Assembly (NCBI GenBank): GCA_963745075.1
Contig: CAVUWV010000009.1
Coordinates: 96,001 to 160,000 of the forward strand
Direction of reading: 5' to 3'
From: Candidatus Hydrogenedentota bacterium
GTDB lineage: Bacteria; Hydrogenedentota; Hydrogenedentia; Hydrogenedentales; SLHB01
Length of the DNA: 64,000 bases
Shown here one piece after another: positions 50,367-59,900 of this stretch (positions are counted from its first letter, which is position 1; every line of letters begins with the position of its first letter). The notes beneath the pieces were generated by a model. It searched no databases. It saw only the letters and a list, made by a program, of their open reading frames with translations, and was not told the DNA's origin. The translations under genes and the position numbers were made by a program.

Positions 50367-51886
50367 TGACAGATGCCAGGACATCGTTCAGTGGTTTTGG
50401 TGCCAAGACATCGTTCAGTGGCGAAGCATCATGTTTGGCTCGTGAGCGACGATGTGCTCTCTCCAAGAAAGGGAGGAGCACATGGACGAGCAAGAAGAAT
50501 GGCGTCGAAGACGAGCGGTACAACGGTATTTGAAGGGAGAGAAAGCCCAAACGATATGCACGTGTCTTGGGCGGACGGGGAGATGGCTCTACAAATGGCT
50601 GGAGCGGTACCAAACAGGCGAAGCGGAATGGTATCGGGAGCATTCGCGCAGGCCGATTCGATCGCCCTCGCGAACGCCCGCCGAACTCGAGGAAATTGTG
50701 AAGCATGTGCGGCTGCAATTGTACAACCGGGGCGAGTTTTGCGGAGCGCAGGCGATTCGCTGGCAAATCGAGGAGGAAGGGATAGAGCCGCTTCCCAGCA
50801 TTCGGACCATCGGACGCATCCTCGCTCGCCTTGGCCTCACCCATCGGCGCACGGGGCGCTACGAACCCAAGGGGAAAAGCTATCCGGCCTTGGATGCGCC
50901 TCGTCCCGGTTTCGTGCATCAAAGCGACTTCGTGGGGCCGTGCTATCTCCGGACACCCATCCGTTTCTACAGCCTGAACAGCGTCGACCTCGCCACCGGG
51001 CGCTGTGCCGTCGAGCCGGTTTTGGGCGGCAAAGACACCGTAGTGGATGCCTTGTGGGCGACTTGGCTGCGTTTGGGCTTCCCGAAGTACCAACAAGTGG
51101 ACAACGAGGCCGTATTCTACGGCAGTCCCAGGCATCCGCGCGGCATGGGCAAGCTCATCCGACTGTGCTTGCCCCTGGGGATCGAGCCGTGCTTCATCCC
51201 CTTGGCCGAGCCTTGGCGCAACGGCGTGGTCGAGAAGTTCAACGACCATTGGCGACAGAAGCTCTTGGGGCGGGTCATCATGGAATGCGAAGAGGATCTC
51301 AAGCGGGAGAGTCTGGCCTTCGAGCAACGCCACAACCTCCGCTATCGATACACCAAGCTCAATGGCAAGACCCCCATGGAGGCCTTGGCGGCTACCAACA
51401 AACCGCTGCGATTCCCCCGCAAGGAACGGCCACCCAAACTCCCTTTGTCCAAACCCGAGGCCGGATGCTATCACGTCATTCGGTTCATCCGCAGCGACGC
51501 CGTCTTCAACCTCTTCGGGGAACAGTTCTCGATGCCCTCCGAGGCTATCTACGAATATGTGTGGGCCACCGTGGACGTTTCCAGGCAGCGGCTCTTGCTG
51601 TATCTCGACGGCGAAGCAATCGACGAACGTCCATACCCGCTACGCTGACCGGAAAAGCGTTTTCTGAGGCATGGGAGGTCTATCATCCGATGTTCAGAAA
51701 GGAGATGGGGAGCCTGTACGCTCCCCATCCCAACCCATCGTCTGATGAGCCTCACCGGGCTATCCCTCGGCGGGGTGCTCGCCAGCAAGAACCGCTTCCG
51801 TTTCACCCGGCACTGGCAGCTTATCATGCAAATACTGAACGATGTCCTGGCATATATTTCACTGAACGATGTGGTGGCACTTGAGA
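50367..51886 (+). mobile_element. IS481-family insertion sequence (1520 bp) with 6-bp target duplication CCTACT
   Basis: CCTACT at 50361-50366 and 51887-51892; imperfect 27-bp terminal IRs; motif TGCCAggACATCGTTCAGT present twice at each end. Confidence 0.92.
50482..51648 (+). CDS. IS481-family DDE transposase
   Basis: GGAGG RBS; N-terminal HTH (WLYKWLERY), SRRP..SP, HQSD / QVDN / NGVVEKFN triad. Confidence 0.93.
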   Translation: MDEQEEWRRRRAVQRYLKGEKAQTICTCLGRTGRWLYKWLERYQTGEAEWYREHSRRPIRSPSRTPAELEEIVKHVRLQLYNRGEFCGAQAIRWQIEEEGIEPLPSIRTIGRILARLGLTHRRTGRYEPKGKSYPALDAPRPGFVHQSDFVGPCYLRTPIRFYSLNSVDLATGRCAVEPVLGGKDTVVDALWATWLRLGFPKYQQVDNEAVFYGSPRHPRGMGKLIRLCLPLGIEPCFIPLAEPWRNGVVEKFNDHWRQKLLGRVIMECEEDLKRESLAFEQRHNLRYRYTKLNGKTPMEALAATNKPLRFPRKERPPKLPLSKPEAGCYHVIRFIRSDAVFNLFGEQFSMPSEAIYEYVWATVDVSRQRLLLYLDGEAIDERPYPLR

Positions 51887-52083
51887 CCTACTTGCTAAAG
51901 CTCGAAGACGGCTCCTACCTCACCCCGACCTATGAAACGGTTACCACCACCCCCGGGGAAACAACCCAACACGATATCCTGCTGACCAGCCCTTGAGGAG
52001 TCTTTCTCCAGCGAAACGCAAGACCGAAAAAGACAAATCCACTGGCATTAGGGACCTTGGTCCGTACAGCTCGGAGATGTACC

Positions 52084-52942
52084 TTACGAATCGGGCCCCA
52101 CTTGTCCCGAGTCCTCCTGCAACTGGCGGATGAACTCCGGGTCGAGGGGAATGCCGCGGGTTTGGCAGTCGACCACGGCGTCCCAGGCCTGTTTGTAGTC
52201 GCCGCGATGCCAGTAGGCCACGGCCAGTCCCTTGCGGGCGGAGGCGTTATCCGGATTGTAGGCGAGGGCGGTCAACCAGGTCGTGAGGGCGGCGTCGTAC
52301 TTCTCGAGGTCCAGGTAGCACAGACCCAGGTTGTAGTAGTCGCTCGACCGGCCGGGGTCCAGGCGGATGACCTCCTTGTACGCCCGCGCGGCATCTTCGT
52401 ACTGTTCCTGCCGGAACAGCAGGTTGGCGAGTTGCGACCACACCAGGAACGTCGTCCGGTTTGAGTTCCGTGAGGCGTTCCAATTGCTCGGCGGCAGAAT
52501 CCAAATCACCCGAGTCCCGCAATGCCGCGACGAGGTTTTGGACGGTTGTTGGATCGTCCGGGTCATACTGCAACGCCATGTGATAGGAAGTGATGGCTTC
52601 CGCCACCTGGCCCAAGCGCCGTTTCGCGAGACCGAGATTGCAGTACGCCGCCGCGTAGTCCGGACGCAACCGGATCGCCTCGGAATAGGCGTTCGCCGCC
52701 TCGGCGTACCGGGCTTGATCGAAATATGCGTTGCCAAGTTCGTAGCGCAGTTCGGGATCGTCCGGGGCTACCAGAACTGCTGCTTCCAACCGCGAGAGTT
52801 CCGACGCCGGCCCCGCGGCGGGTGCAGGTGTTTCGGCTTTCGTACTCGTGTGTGCGCAGCCAACTACTGCCAGGACGGCAAGCATGAGCGCCATGCCAGG
52901 CTGTAGTTGTCGAGCAAAACGAAGAAGGGCCTCATTGCGCAT
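52084..52942 (-). CDS. TPR-repeat lipoprotein; one extra base near 52451
   Basis: VVGC lipobox; YELGNAYF, AYCNLGLA; continues in a second frame as WSQLANLLF, YYNLGLCY. Confidence 0.85.
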
Positions 52943-52982
52943 GCATTCAGCGTAATCAGGCCCACCAGTGAATTCAATGGGG

Positions 52983-54899
52983 TTATGCGGACTGCGCAGT
53001 AGCCATTGACTTAATCTTCTCCGGCGCGGGCATCCATTCCGACGGAATCAGCTTCCGATAGTCATCGATGGTCCCATTCGACATGTAACACTCGATAATC
53101 CATCGTCCTAGCGGAAGGAGATCCGGCGTCACGAAAGTTTCGACATGCTTACGGAAGAACCGGTCCAGAATCGCCGCGCCCTCGTCGTATGCTTCTTCGC
53201 CAACCTCCGGCTGAGTGTCAACCTGCAAGAACCACCGCGTGATGTTGGCGCCCTCGACGGTGACATCGTGCAGGGCGTAACCCAGCAGGGGGCAGCGCGC
53301 CTCGCGAATCTGTGTCGCCCGGAACCGCGCCATTCCCCGGCGTGCGAGGTACTCGCGTGTGATCCACTGGGGCATAAAGCTCGTGTGCCAGGCCCCAATG
53401 TGTTGATTGGGGCACAGGATGTACAGCGTCGCCGGCGTGGACTCGATCTGTTTCAACAGAAGATTTGCGTGGTCGACCTTCCGGCCCGTTGCGAAGGGCC
53501 AGTACGAACCGACACCTTCGCTGGTCATCTCGTCCGTATCAACAATGCTCGGGTTGGCGTACCCGCGCGGGGCCACCAGCCGCCACAGCCAGGCCAAAGC
53601 CGGTGGCAGAATATGAAACAGGCCGATGATTCCATAGCTCGGCTTCTCGCGCGTACACGGCGGCGTGCGAACGCCCAGGCTGCGAATGTCGACGGTCACC
53701 GCGCCGTCCACCACGTCCGGGATCGCACGTCGTGGAAGGACCACGCGCGGATTCGGGCATGGTTTGCCGGGCGCGTCTTCGACATGCTCCCAGATCAGGG
53801 CGCGCCCGCCCGCAACCGCGTCGATATTGAGGAACAGAAGCGGCTCCGGCGGTTGGGCGGTCAAGCGCTCCAGTTGCGGGTCGGTCGCGTATTCGTCGAT
53901 GTGATTGACGCGTACGAACCAAGCGTTTTCCGCGTCCACGACCCGGAGTTTGCCGTCATTCTTTTGCAGCGACGGATGGCACAAGGCCATATCGTCCGTC
54001 ACCGGCCGGATTTCGCAACCTCGGGGCATCGTCACGTGCCGCATTTCGCCGGTGAGGATATTCTTGCCAAGCAAGAGACGCCCGTCCGCCTCGCGATGGG
54101 CCTGTTCGAGCATTTCGCTCTTGCCGCCCCCGCTGGCCCCCTCGTGCATGATCGTGACGAGGTTGTCGTACGGCGTGATGATTTGCGCCGTGGAACAATG
54201 GGCGGTGATCCACCCTTCCTTCTCACCGAGGTTCAGCAAACTGCCGTAGACGCCCTTCTTCGCGCTCGGACCGGGATACAAGTTGTAGGAGAAGACTTCG
54301 TGCACCTCCTTCGTCCGGTTGTGCACGACGATCTGCTTCCCATCGAAATGCGTGTGGCGGAAAGGTGGCGCCACGTAGATGACGAGCCGCGGCTTGAAAC
54401 CGTTGGGGAGATTGTCAAAGGGCAGGGTCTCCTGGAGCAATCCCAGTCCCAGCGCGAAAAAGCCCGCATTAGCCGGCGCGATAACCATGGCCTGAATGCC
54501 CATGTGCTCTTTTCCGGCGCGAAATGCGAACGTCACAAGTTCCTGTTGCTTGAGCCAGTCGAAGGTTTCTTTCCGTAGTCCGTCGAACGGTTTTCCATAT
54601 TTTTCCTTGAACGTGATCTTGTCCGTGGGGAGATCGTCACCCATGACCATGCTTTCCGGGTCGCGCCGGCGCATGTACGGTTCAAGGTAGTTGGCGGAAA
54701 CGCCGTTGCGCACCCGGACCACACGGGCCTCGACGACCTTGCCGTTTCCGGCCACGTCGTAGCTGACTTCGAAGGCATTGCTATTTTTTCCACCGCAGGC
54801 CAGATCGATCAACTCGGACGAGTGACCGACGACGGTAACCTTCGGACTCGTCGAGAGGATATCAGCCGCGTCTTTCGGGGGATTCAGTTTCTTCCACAT
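52983..54899 (-). CDS. DUF4914-family protein (PEPCK-like P-loop motifs)
   Basis: YMRRRDP, YNLYPGPSAKKGVYG, HEGASGGGKSEM, DDMALCHP, SEGVGSYWPF. Confidence 0.85.
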   Translation of the reverse strand: MWKKLNPPKDAADILSTSPKVTVVGHSSELIDLACGGKNSNAFEVSYDVAGNGKVVEARVVRVRNGVSANYLEPYMRRRDPESMVMGDDLPTDKITFKEKYGKPFDGLRKETFDWLKQQELVTFAFRAGKEHMGIQAMVIAPANAGFFALGLGLLQETLPFDNLPNGFKPRLVIYVAPPFRHTHFDGKQIVVHNRTKEVHEVFSYNLYPGPSAKKGVYGSLLNLGEKEGWITAHCSTAQIITPYDNLVTIMHEGASGGGKSEMLEQAHREADGRLLLGKNILTGEMRHVTMPRGCEIRPVTDDMALCHPSLQKNDGKLRVVDAENAWFVRVNHIDEYATDPQLERLTAQPPEPLLFLNIDAVAGGRALIWEHVEDAPGKPCPNPRVVLPRRAIPDVVDGAVTVDIRSLGVRTPPCTREKPSYGIIGLFHILPPALAWLWRLVAPRGYANPSIVDTDEMTSEGVGSYWPFATGRKVDHANLLLKQIESTPATLYILCPNQHIGAWHTSFMPQWITREYLARRGMARFRATQIREARCPLLGYALHDVTVEGANITRWFLQVDTQPEVGEEAYDEGAAILDRFFRKHVETFVTPDLLPLGRWIIECYMSNGTIDDYRKLIPSEWMPAPEKIKSMATAQSA

Positions 54900-55088
54900 G
54901 GTCTCGTTACACCTTTCCGTTTATGTTCTGGGGCCGGTCGAGGGCCCGCCGGGATTTAAGGCACTATCCAGGCGATGCGTTTGCCGGGTCGTAGTGGGTC
55001 GAACTTTGACCGGGACCGGAGCATTGATGCCGAACACACAGGGATCCCGGCATTCAACCCTCCGAAATGCGCATGAGAGAACCTGGTC

Positions 55089-56252
55089 TCAGGCCACGGA
55101 GCCGGTCAGATCGCGATAGACACGTTCCAACTTCGCCGCGCTTTCATCCCATGTCATGCCTTGCGCGCGGAGTCGAGCGTTATCGGCACGCTGTCGCGCC
55201 GCCGGCTCGTCGTCCAACAATGAATGAATTGCCGAAGCAATCGATTCCACGTCATACGGATCGACCAGAAGGCCCGTGTCGCCCACGACTTCGGGCAATG
55301 CCGAACCATCACTGGTCACAACCGGCGTTCCGGCCGCCATCGCCTCCAGCACCGGCAACCCGAACCCTTCATAGAGGGACGGATACAGGCAGGCGCTCGC
55401 TCCTCGCAACAGGAGAACGGCCTCGCGACGTTCCACGTACCCCGCGTGAACAACGTCGCCATCGCCTCGCTTCGCGCGTATCGTTTCGAGGATACCCTCG
55501 CTTTTCCACCCTAACTTCCCCACCAGGACGAGCTGGGGCAGACTGCGACGCTGTGCACGCACGCGATCGTACGCCTCAATCAGCCGCTCCACGTTCTTCC
55601 GCGGCTCCAACGTACCCAGGTGGATGAAGTACTCTCGGGTGATTCCGAGCCGCGCCGTCAACGCCGCGTGTGCGGCTTGGTCGAACGGCCCGTCAAACTC
55701 GCCAAGATGCACTCCATTGGGAACCACGTGGACCCGGTCCGGGCTGACACCCATCACGTCGACCAGTTCACGTCCGCAGTGCTCCGACACGGCGACCAGA
55801 ACGTCCGCTTCCTCCGCGCATTGGCGCAACAAGCGCGTTTGCACCGCAACCGTCCGCTGCGTATGGGTTTCCGGCACGCGAAGAAAAGACAGGTCGTGAA
55901 TCGTCACCAGTCGAATAGCGCGGCGCGTTGCAGGCGTCTGGTGGCACAGGTTATGGGCGATTGCGATATCGCCCGCAAACCACTCAACCGGAGGCCACGC
56001 AAACCGCGTCCACAACGCATATTTTAGCAAACGGGCATAGGGGAGTACGAATTGTTGCTGAATTTGTTGCAATTCACTGTGCAGTATGGACTTGCCTCGC
56101 CGGTCGCCCGTTGCCACCACGCGGTAATGGAAGTTGGAGTTCCGTCTGAGCAACGCCTGAACCTGATAAATCGCAGCGTACCCGACCCCCGTCACGGGAT
56201 ACTCGGCGGCGCAACTCAGGTCCAGTGCGACTGTCGTTTCCGATTTCGTCAA
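55089..56252 (-). CDS. GT4 (group 1) glycosyltransferase
   Basis: TIHDL, LGTLEPRKN, YPSLYEGFGLPVLEAMAAG. Confidence 0.93.
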   Translation of the reverse strand: MTKSETTVALDLSCAAEYPVTGVGYAAIYQVQALLRRNSNFHYRVVATGDRRGKSILHSELQQIQQQFVLPYARLLKYALWTRFAWPPVEWFAGDIAIAHNLCHQTPATRRAIRLVTIHDLSFLRVPETHTQRTVAVQTRLLRQCAEEADVLVAVSEHCGRELVDVMGVSPDRVHVVPNGVHLGEFDGPFDQAAHAALTARLGITREYFIHLGTLEPRKNVERLIEAYDRVRAQRRSLPQLVLVGKLGWKSEGILETIRAKRGDGDVVHAGYVERREAVLLLRGASACLYPSLYEGFGLPVLEAMAAGTPVVTSDGSALPEVVGDTGLLVDPYDVESIASAIHSLLDDEPAARQRADNARLRAQGMTWDESAAKLERVYRDLTGSVA

Positions 56253-56315
56253 TTGCGGTGTGTCCTGCGAACTGCACGCTTTCGAGACTTGGGCGGGCCG
56301 ATGGTGAGGGAGGCT

Positions 56316-57065
56316 CTATGCGTGGTCCTCGTCCGGTTCCTGGGCCGGATTTCCTGGCTGCGCGTCGTGTACATCTTCTTCCGGCGCCTCGGTTTCGGAG
56401 TCGTCCTTGGCGTCGTCCTTCTCTTCGCCATCGTTCTCGCCCGGCTTCTTCTTGCCGAAGCCGAAAACGCGAATCGCTAATTCGGCCGCCCGCAACTGGA
56501 TTCGGTCGTCCGTACCGTTCAGCATTTTTTCGACGAGCACATGCTTCAGCGTGTCTTCGACCACATCTTCCGTAATGGGTTCCGTCGGTGGAGACAATCG
56601 GCGGATGGCGTTCGCCCCCGCTCCATCCAGCGGCACAGGAAGCTGGTTTTGGGTATTGGGCTGGTGCTCCAGCGCCATTTGCTGGCGGTTGCGCAACGCC
56701 GCCATGCACATCTCCCGCCCCGAAACGATATCCGAGTTATCCGGGAATTCCTCGGCGAGCGTCTCGAAGATGGTGAGCGCTTGGGCGTATTTCTGCGAAA
56801 AATACAGATCCACCGCTTCCGCGAAGCGTCGCTTGGCTTCGGCCGGCGCCGCGCTGCCATTGCCGGAGTTCCATGCGGCACCGAATGGCGCCGCCTGTTG
56901 CACTGCCGCTGGCTTGGCCGGGGTCGGACCTTTTGCCAACGTCGCGCTGTCCGCCGTAATCGATATCACGCGACCGCACGCCGGGCACAGACCGGTACGG
57001 CCCAACGCGGACCGTGGGACCTGGATGCGTTCCCCGCATACACAAAGAACCATCAATCGACGCAC
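56316..57065 (-). CDS. Zn-ribbon plus TPR-like hypothetical protein
   Basis: CVCG...CPACG N-terminus; FAEAVDLYFSQKYAQALTIF helix pair; acidic tail. Confidence 0.7.
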   Translation of the reverse strand: MRRLMVLCVCGERIQVPRSALGRTGLCPACGRVISITADSATLAKGPTPAKPAAVQQAAPFGAAWNSGNGSAAPAEAKRRFAEAVDLYFSQKYAQALTIFETLAEEFPDNSDIVSGREMCMAALRNRQQMALEHQPNTQNQLPVPLDGAGANAIRRLSPPTEPITEDVVEDTLKHVLVEKMLNGTDDRIQLRAAELAIRVFGFGKKKPGENDGEEKDDAKDDSETEAPEEDVHDAQPGNPAQEPDEDHA

Positions 57066-57117
57066 GAGTGTTATTCCCCTTCGCCAGGTTGCCGTTTTCC
57101 GGTTCGCGATCGCAATG

Positions 57118-58521
57118 CTACTTCCTGCCTAAAAACCGCAAGAGCGCATCCACCAGCATCTTCTGGTCGCCGTCTTCCGGTTCGACGATTGCCGGTATCG
57201 TATCACGTTCCGCATGGTCGTCTACCGGTTCCGAGGCGACCTCGTCATCCGTCATCGTCGCGGCCGCTGATTGCGCACGCTCCAATTCTTCGCGCAGCGC
57301 GTCGAGTTGCGCCCGTAGCGACGCATTTTCTTCGCGCAACGCGTTGGCCGTCTCGCCTTGGCCCTCCTGCGGAACCGCGTCCAGCTCCGCGCTCAACGCC
57401 TCGATTTGCTGCGTGGAATCTTCGATTCGAGCGCGCAACTCGGCCACTTCCTCTACAATCCGTGTCTTTTCTTCCGTGGCCGATGCAGTTGTCTCGCGCA
57501 TCGCGGTCAACTCGTCTGTAATCTGGTCGATTACCGCGGTCTTGTCTTCAAGACTTCCTTGCGCGTCCGTCAACGCCCGCTCGGTTTCGGCAAGCCGGTT
57601 CCGGATTGCGCCAACTTCGTCCTCTACCTCCTGCGCGGATTGGAGACGCGCATGCAAGTCTTCGATTGCGTGCGCTTGATCCGACTCGCGCCCGCGCAGC
57701 TCCTCAAGCAGTCCCAGGGACCGATCCAATTCCTCTACCTTGTCTTGGAGGTCGGCTCGCGCACGATTGCACTCCGCGCTCAATTCCTGGATTCGCGCGT
57801 CCTGCGCTTCGATCCGTTGCCGGCTTTCTTCGATGGCCGCATTTCGGGACTCGACGGCTTGTTCGTACTCCCGTAAAGCGCGCTCCTTCGAGGTGGCATC
57901 GCCATGCACGGTCTTGAGTTCTTCTGCCAGCCGCTCGGCGGACGCCGCGACTCCCCGTGCCTTTTCGATCTCCGATTGCAGCGCGGCAAGCTGCCGCTCG
58001 CGTTCCTGCACCAAGGATTGTAACCGTTCCACCTCGGCATCCGTTGCCGTATCCGCTGAGCTGCGCTCCGAGAGTTCCCGTTCCAATTCGTGGATCCGTT
58101 GGCGGGCCTTCTCCGCGTACTCGCGGTACTGCGCCAGATCCTGGTCGCGTTGCGCCAGACTTCCTTGAAACCGCTTCACTTCCCGGTTTAACCGGTCCAC
58201 GGTCGCCGATTTCTCCACCAACTGAACGTTCAGCCGATCCACCTCGGGCGACACCGGAAAGGCATCCTCGGGCGCTTTTCGACCGGATGGAAGAGGTGGG
58301 GGAACGGCGGCCGGTGGTGATGGGGGTTCTGCCGCCGGGGCAGCTTCGGCGGATTGCCGCTCGCCGTTGTCGGCCGGAACCTGTATGGCCGTCACCGGTG
58401 CAATCAAGTGGGCCGGAACTATCGCGATACGCTTGCAACGGCGGCACCACGCGTGACGACCGGCATGGGCGGTCTCCACCGTCAACCGATATCCGCAATG
58501 TGGGCATTCAAACTCAATCAT
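57118..58521 (-). CDS. Zn-ribbon plus long coiled-coil protein
   Basis: MIEFECPHCG...CRRC, Pro-rich linker, long heptad region. Confidence 0.8.
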   Translation of the reverse strand: MIEFECPHCGYRLTVETAHAGRHAWCRRCKRIAIVPAHLIAPVTAIQVPADNGERQSAEAAPAAEPPSPPAAVPPPLPSGRKAPEDAFPVSPEVDRLNVQLVEKSATVDRLNREVKRFQGSLAQRDQDLAQYREYAEKARQRIHELERELSERSSADTATDAEVERLQSLVQERERQLAALQSEIEKARGVAASAERLAEELKTVHGDATSKERALREYEQAVESRNAAIEESRQRIEAQDARIQELSAECNRARADLQDKVEELDRSLGLLEELRGRESDQAHAIEDLHARLQSAQEVEDEVGAIRNRLAETERALTDAQGSLEDKTAVIDQITDELTAMRETTASATEEKTRIVEEVAELRARIEDSTQQIEALSAELDAVPQEGQGETANALREENASLRAQLDALREELERAQSAAATMTDDEVASEPVDDHAERDTIPAIVEPEDGDQKMLVDALLRFLGRK

Positions 58522-58676
58522 CCGTGTCAACCGTTCAGCCAACCGCGTGCAATTCACTACCCAGTATACCACCACTGCGCATACGTTCTCATTCGACAAC
58601 CACTGTTCCTGCAAAAAACGGGTGTTAGCGGAACTCGTTGGTGGAGCAGTGTAAAGGGCGCCCGAACGGGCGCGGG

Positions 58677-59900
58677 TCAGTCTTTCCGGAGCGCCGAAAC
58701 CAGGATCTCTCGGAGCTTTTCGGCTTCTTTGGCGCTGTTGAACGCCGTTTCGACCGTGTTGCGACCAGCTTGGCCCATCCGGTTGCGCAAGTCCGCATCA
58801 TCGACGAGTGTTTGAATACGCTGCACGAGCGCGCTGACGTCTCCGGGCGACGTGAGATAGCCAGAGATTCCGTCATCGACCAGTTCGGCAATGCCCGCAA
58901 TGCGGGTCGCGACAACCGGCAGTCCCGAAGCCATGGCCTCCATCAAGACCACCGGCACCCCCTCGGCAAAACTGGCCATAACGAAAATGTCGGACGCGCT
59001 GAGTTCTTCCCGAACCTGCTCCTGGGAGAGATAGCCAGTGATACGGACATTATCCGCGATTCCTCGTTCCACCGCTTTGCGCTGGAGCCAGTCCCGGTCC
59101 GGTCCGTCGCCCGCGAGTACCAGTTGGATATCGGGTTGCTCCGCGCGCAATCGTGCGACCGCTTCCAGGAGGATCGGCACGCCCTTTACAGCAGCGAGTC
59201 GCCCGATAAAGATAAGCCGTTTCCCATTGCCCTTGTGCAGCTTGGTTGTGAAGAGCGCGGGATCGACGCCGCAATGGATGATGTGCAGCCGATCCCAGCG
59301 GTCGGGAGGCGTCCAGATCATGGCCTGGCTCCGGCAAAAGTGGCTGATACAGCACACGAAATCCGCGCGCGCCAACTTGGCATCCAGGCGCCAACGATAC
59401 GGCTCGAAGAAGATGCCGGGCCCATGCAGGGAAAAGCTGAACGAAAAACCGCCCAACGCTGCAGCGAGCATGGCAACCGTACAACTGGAATCGCCGAGGT
59501 GATTGTGCAGATGGGTCAGGCCGCGCGTGCGCATGTATTCGACCACTAGTCCCGCTTCGAGGAAATACGCGAATTGGTACAGCAGCCCTTTGAATCCCGG
59601 CTGCCGTGTGGCCATCGCGAGGCGAAACGCCCGCAGGTACCGGAGCGGCGATGTAAACTTGAGCCGCCCGTGCGCCTTTGCCAACGCCACGAGCGGAAAG
59701 GGCGCCAGCACGTACGTGGTTTGGCGTTCTTGTTTCTGCTCCGGACTCACGCACTCCGATTCCGGAAGGCCGCGCACGGTGATGGTCTCGACGTGGATAC
59801 CGGCCTCGCGCAACGCGGTGATTTCCCGGTAGATGAACACAAACGGCGAAACCCGCAGGTATTCGCCCGTCATGTATGCGATGCGCCATTTCTCGCTCAT
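58677..59900 (-). CDS. GT4 glycosyltransferase (WcaL-like)
   Basis: FIYREI, HLHNH, IGRLAAVKG, SFAEGVPVVLMEAMASG. Confidence 0.92.
   Translation of the reverse strand: MSEKWRIAYMTGEYLRVSPFVFIYREITALREAGIHVETITVRGLPESECVSPEQKQERQTTYVLAPFPLVALAKAHGRLKFTSPLRYLRAFRLAMATRQPGFKGLLYQFAYFLEAGLVVEYMRTRGLTHLHNHLGDSSCTVAMLAAALGGFSFSFSLHGPGIFFEPYRWRLDAKLARADFVCCISHFCRSQAMIWTPPDRWDRLHIIHCGVDPALFTTKLHKGNGKRLIFIGRLAAVKGVPILLEAVARLRAEQPDIQLVLAGDGPDRDWLQRKAVERGIADNVRITGYLSQEQVREELSASDIFVMASFAEGVPVVLMEAMASGLPVVATRIAGIAELVDDGISGYLTSPGDVSALVQRIQTLVDDADLRNRMGQAGRNTVETAFNSAKEAEKLREILVSALRKD

Larger units (their letters stand above)
47348..51996 (+). pseudogene. ECF sigma factor fused via TM helix to carboxypeptidase-regulatory-like (Ig-like) repeats; interrupted near its 3' end by an IS
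   Basis: DAFAELVTRYGPLVYSAC...AEDVAQECF (sigma2), LPEKIRGPIVLRF...SYAQLASELG (sigma4), TM, repeated (S/V)G.VVD..G.P..A. Excising the IS restores ...FGAYLLKLEDG...LLTSP* at 51996. Confidence 0.88.

Noticed and set aside
50373..51884. Long overlapping ORFs (503 aa +, 370 aa -, 206 aa +) within the IS
   Set aside because: Alternative-frame shadows of the transposase in GC-rich DNA, with no motifs.
50361..51894. 8-bp target duplication CCTACTTG
   Set aside because: The terminal inverted repeats align at equal length when the element starts at 50367, and 6 bp is typical for IS481; the extra TG match is probably coincidental.
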